Positions 60,477 to 64,000 of a DNA stretch of 64,000 bases are shown piece after piece; the first letter of the stretch is position 1, and each line of letters opens with the position of its first letter. The DNA lies in contig CAVUZH010000003.1 of the NCBI GenBank assembly GCA_963745835.1, positions 64,001 through 128,000 on the forward strand, in the 5' to 3' direction. This DNA comes from an uncultured delta proteobacterium. GTDB lineage: Bacteria; Desulfobacterota; Binatia; UBA9968. The notes beneath the pieces were generated by a model that made no database searches, was not told where the DNA came from, and was given only the letters and a program-made list of their open reading frames with translations. The position numbers were made by a program, and so were the translations under genes.

Positions 60477-60962
60477 TCAAAAATAACCGACAAGGCGTCC
60501 CAAAGTCAGTGCCGACAGCCACGCCGCAAGCGATATTGCCGCGGCGACTTGTAAACGAGTCGACGGCTTCCATTGGTTTGATTCGACTTGCGAGACTTGC
60601 GCGAGGGTCGACATGCGCAGCATCAAAGTATTCGCCGTGCCTAACAGGACGAGAATCATTTTGGCAATAAATAGATTAGACGCGGCGTACTCGGTGGCGC
60701 GAGTGATGAACAAGAGCGTCCCAAAGATTATGGCCAAACCCAAGCCAATGCCGGCCATGCGTGTCAGCACTGCCCAGAGCGGTGCCAGCGGGATCGAGCC
60801 CCACAGGCCGAGAAGGCGCAGATCCAATGGCACGACGGATCCGATCAGAAGCGCCACGCCAAGGATATGCGCGGTATTGACTAAGGGATAACTCCAGATC
60901 GAGTTGCGAAGGGCCGTCGCGACCTCTGTCGCTTCCAGCGCCGCGGTCCATTCACCGATCAT
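60477..60962 (-). CDS. Four-TM membrane protein (DUF2214/DUF6644-like)
   Basis: YPLVNTAHILG...DLRLLG...FIAKM...GRLVGYF. Confidence 0.78.
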   Translation of the reverse strand: MIGEWTAALEATEVATALRNSIWSYPLVNTAHILGVALLIGSVVPLDLRLLGLWGSIPLAPLWAVLTRMAGIGLGLAIIFGTLLFITRATEYAASNLFIAKMILVLLGTANTLMLRMSTLAQVSQVESNQWKPSTRLQVAAAISLAAWLSALTLGRLVGYF

Positions 60963-60978
60963 CCTTGCTGTGAGCTAA

Positions 60979-61362
60979 TCATGATTCGCGGTCGGGGTAG
61001 AGATTGTAGCTTCGGCCATTGATTACCACGCGCTCGGCCTTCATCAGCCGCTGCCCTTTCTTCGCGGAGCGATGGCCAAGCGCGGTGATAACTTGTCCTT
61101 TACTAAGCAGCTTCTGCGTTAATCCCGCTTTTTCGTTACGCCACGGTTGTCCCACTTCGACGATCCACTTGTCACCCTCGACGTCGAGGGTTAATTCACC
61201 GTGAGGATTGCCCAGCCGCACGGCCGTGATTTCGCCGGTAAGCTGAAATTCTTCCTGCGTTGCCCAGCCCCAGCCATGATGTGCCCGCACCGGTTGCGTC
61301 AAGAAAACTCCTGTGAGCACCGCGAGGAGCGCCAGGCTAAATGATCTTGATACCAGTTTCAT
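60979..61362 (-). CDS. Exported DUF6152-like protein (AHH motif, OB-fold-like)
   Basis: Signal peptide ending VRA, mature N-terminus HHGW, NPH motif, W.VE. Confidence 0.75.
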   Translation of the reverse strand: MKLVSRSFSLALLAVLTGVFLTQPVRAHHGWGWATQEEFQLTGEITAVRLGNPHGELTLDVEGDKWIVEVGQPWRNEKAGLTQKLLSKGQVITALGHRSAKKGQRLMKAERVVINGRSYNLYPDRES

Positions 61363-61560
61363 TCTATCCTCCAGTAGATATGGCTTTACCTTAGAGCTTC
61401 GACACGCCCGGCGCTACGCTGCCCGAGCCAGAACCAAGCTCCATCGGTAAGGCATCAACGCATTGGGCAAGCATAGTGCACCTGGTTGTTGCGCGCGGCG
61501 AGAGATGATCAGCAGAATCTTGTATTAGAGTGCGCGCCTCAATTATTTTTAGTCTTAGCT

Positions 61561-62298
61561 TCATTGGTTTTGCGTCTGCGCCTCTTCCAACTCCGGGTAA
61601 TGGCGGAAGATGCCTTGCTCGTTGAACGCGAGGCGCCGCGGTGACGCTAAGTACGCGGCGATACGCGGACGCGCCATCACGCGATCGTGTAGAAGTACGG
61701 CCTTCGGGTGTTGCGGTTCGACTTGCGCCATTGTCTTTGGAAAAGCGTAGCGCAATCCCTCGATCATCTGAAAGAGAGACAGATCGACATAGCTGACGTC
61801 CTCGCCGAAAATAAAGTCGCCGCTCTTGGCATTCAGTTTCAGAATTCTTTCGAAATAGCTAAGGAATTTGGGTATGCGGGTCGAGGTGAAATGTGCGGCG
61901 CGTTTTTTTGCCTCGTCCTTCTGCTCTTCATAGTACAGGACGTTAGCGACCGGGTGGTGCGTCTGGCCGGTTTCATAGAGCCAATCGGCTATTGTCAGTT
62001 GCAGTTGATGCGCCCAAAGCCGGCTCTCTTCCTTTTCGGCCACGAGACCCAGCCGGGGGGCAAGGAACTGGAGAATGTTGGCGGTTTGCGAAATCAGCAG
62101 CTCGCCGGCCTTCAAGAATGGCGGAGCGAATGGTGGATGTTCCAAAGCCGGATCCTCGAGAACCTTCATAATTCCCGGACGACCGAAGTTTGGATCGCGC
62201 GCGACGTCGATGTAGTCCGCGCCCGCTTCTTCCAGCGCAAGGCGAATGAACTCGCCGCGGCCTTGGATTGATGGCTGATAATACAGTTCATAACGCAT
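61561..62298 (-). CDS. Glutathione S-transferase
   Basis: YELYY..IQGRGEFIRLALE, FAPPFL, ISQTANIL, SYVDLSLFQ. Confidence 0.92.
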   Translation of the reverse strand: MRYELYYQPSIQGRGEFIRLALEEAGADYIDVARDPNFGRPGIMKVLEDPALEHPPFAPPFLKAGELLISQTANILQFLAPRLGLVAEKEESRLWAHQLQLTIADWLYETGQTHHPVANVLYYEEQKDEAKKRAAHFTSTRIPKFLSYFERILKLNAKSGDFIFGEDVSYVDLSLFQMIEGLRYAFPKTMAQVEPQHPKAVLLHDRVMARPRIAAYLASPRRLAFNEQGIFRHYPELEEAQTQNQ

Positions 62299-63197
62299 GG
62301 CATCCTCCTGTTTTTAGATGTCGCTCCAGTAGCATCTCGCATTGGCGCGGCGTATCGGGTTTAGACCAGTGCAATTATAGCCAAAACTGCTGGCGGTTCG
62401 ACCATCACCCGAAGTCAGCGCAAAAGCTAAAGCACTCCTGCTCACACGCTAAATGCCGGCGATAACAACGTACTCAACGGCAGTCATTTTCTCTCGAGCC
62501 CGCATTGTGCGCTGAGCGCAGAATAGTACAGCCTCCGTTGAATTTGAAACCCGGGATCGCTCCCAACTTGATCACAGAAGAACGCCGGGCCACTATTTAC
62601 GTGATGCTTTAAGGTGAACAGCAGCGTTATGCAAGCATTGAGTGAACCTTTGTCGATATCCGCTAACGAGACAACAGAGAGTCGCCAGTCTCTTGCCGTT
62701 TACTGCTAATCGTCTACTGTTAAGCTTCAATATAGTCATCTTCGAGCAATCTGATCCGGTGCGATTAAATCTCGTCGCTGCTCTGCCGTTGTGCTGAAAT
62801 TTTTCAGCAATGCCGGAAGCTCTGCAGAGTTTGACCGGGTGAGCGTACGCTTCTCAGAAGCTTCAGAATGGCCTGTCATGATGATCCTCCCATTGCATTC
62901 TCCATTCGCGAGGAAAGCCAGACCCAAGACACCATTGCAAAAGCTTCCGATGTGCAAGAGAGGATTGTGCGGCTCATCTGTGGACTCATTGAAGCAGCTG
63001 GGTGCATCAATGCATTAAGGCAATTGCCATTGCCGTGCTTTGGATCTATCGGTTCGAGCCGACCGAGCGCAACAGTTATCGCAAAGCCGGGACGTCACTC
63101 GGTGGATCGGTGAAGTGCGTTGTCCGGACTGACGCTGAAGTTAAAATCTGCTTGCGATCCATACGACGAGATTTAACGTGAGTTGAGGAGTGACGTG

Positions 63198-64000
63198 ATG
63201 CGATACAAAATTTTTGGGCGGCGCGCAGGCCTGCGTGTCTCTGAACTGGCTCTGGGGGCCGCCAACTTCGGTACACGCTGGGGTTATGGAGCGGCGCGTG
63301 ACGATGCAAAAAAAGTCTTCGATGCCTACGTCGACGCTGGCGGCAACTTTATCGACACCGCCGACAGTTATCAGTTCGGCGAGTCGGAAGAGTTGGTCGG
63401 AGATTTCATCGCAGCCGATCGAGACTACTTCGTTCTCGCCACCAAATACACGTTGGGAACGACTGCTACTGACGGCATCTCGCGGACCGGCAACAGCCGC
63501 AAAAATATGATTCGCTCCGTCGAAGCGAGCCTCAAGCGGCTGAAGATCGATCGCATCGATCTCTATTGGGCGCATTTCGCCGATGGCATGACGCCTATGG
63601 AAGAAATTATTCGCGCCTTCGATGATCTCATGCGCGCCGGGAAAATTCACTATGCAGGGTTGTCCAACTTTCCGGCCTGGCGGATTTCTCGCGGCGATCT
63701 CCTGGCGGAGATGCGTGGCTGGGGGCCCATCGCCGGCATCCAGGTCGAATATAGCCTAGCGCAGCGCACCGCGGAACGGGAACTTTTGCCAATGGCGGAG
63801 GCGCTCGGGTTGGGAGCCGCGCTGTGGTCCCCGCTCGGCGGCGGTTTTCTCACCGGCAAGTATCGCATCGGCGACGAAGGACGAATTAATTCGTTTCTCG
63901 GCAGGCTGGTTCACAAGGAGAACACGGCACGTGAGACGGCGATCCTCGATGCGCTATTGGCAATCGCCAAGGAAGTCGACCGATCGGCCACGGAAGTTGC
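63198..64000 (+). CDS. Aldo/keto reductase, truncated by the window end (absent from the ORF track)
   Basis: GAGGAG RBS; MRYKIFG...GLRVSELALG...GGNFIDTADSY...ATKY...SLKRLKIDRIDLY..H...GKIHYAGLSN...QVEYSL...WSPLGGG. Confidence 0.93.
   Translation, partial: MRYKIFGRRAGLRVSELALGAANFGTRWGYGAARDDAKKVFDAYVDAGGNFIDTADSYQFGESEELVGDFIAADRDYFVLATKYTLGTTATDGISRTGNSRKNMIRSVEASLKRLKIDRIDLYWAHFADGMTPMEEIIRAFDDLMRAGKIHYAGLSNFPAWRISRGDLLAEMRGWGPIAGIQVEYSLAQRTAERELLPMAEALGLGAALWSPLGGGFLTGKYRIGDEGRINSFLGRLVHKENTARETAILDALLAIAKEVDRSATEV

Noticed and set aside
62299-63197. About 900-nt gap between GST and the aldo/keto reductase, containing short ORFs
   Set aside because: No recognisable protein family, repeat, RNA motif or IS ends could be identified by eye.

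Overview
Bacterial chromosomal window of moderately high GC content, densely packed with catabolic and transport genes. The many stand-alone NMT1/SsuA-type solute-binding proteins, amidohydrolases, cupins, CoA enzymes and small Cys/His-rich proteins resemble Candidatus Binatia-like (deltaproteobacterial-type) genomes; this taxonomy is inference only. I found no rRNA, tRNA, CRISPR array, prophage or transposase. Highlights: (1) a SAM-I riboswitch with promoter and terminator controls a sulfur-carrier operon (moeB-like, thrC-like pseudogene, MoaD/CysO ending GG-R, cysteine synthase, NIL protein). (2) A probable selenoprotein is missed by the ORF track: a redoxin with in-frame TGA in a W-U-x-x-C motif and a SECIS-like hairpin, upstream of bolA-grxD. 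(3) A unit with a sigma-54-like promoter encodes a 66-aa canonical C2H2 zinc-finger protein, followed by a hairpin exposing an anti-Shine-Dalgarno loop and a terminator. (4) The GlgC is cyanobacterial-type. (5) There is an unexplained structured leader and a degenerate 9-10 nt tandem array. (6) Several genes are frameshifted or decayed. All family assignments come from motif recognition by eye, not from database searches.
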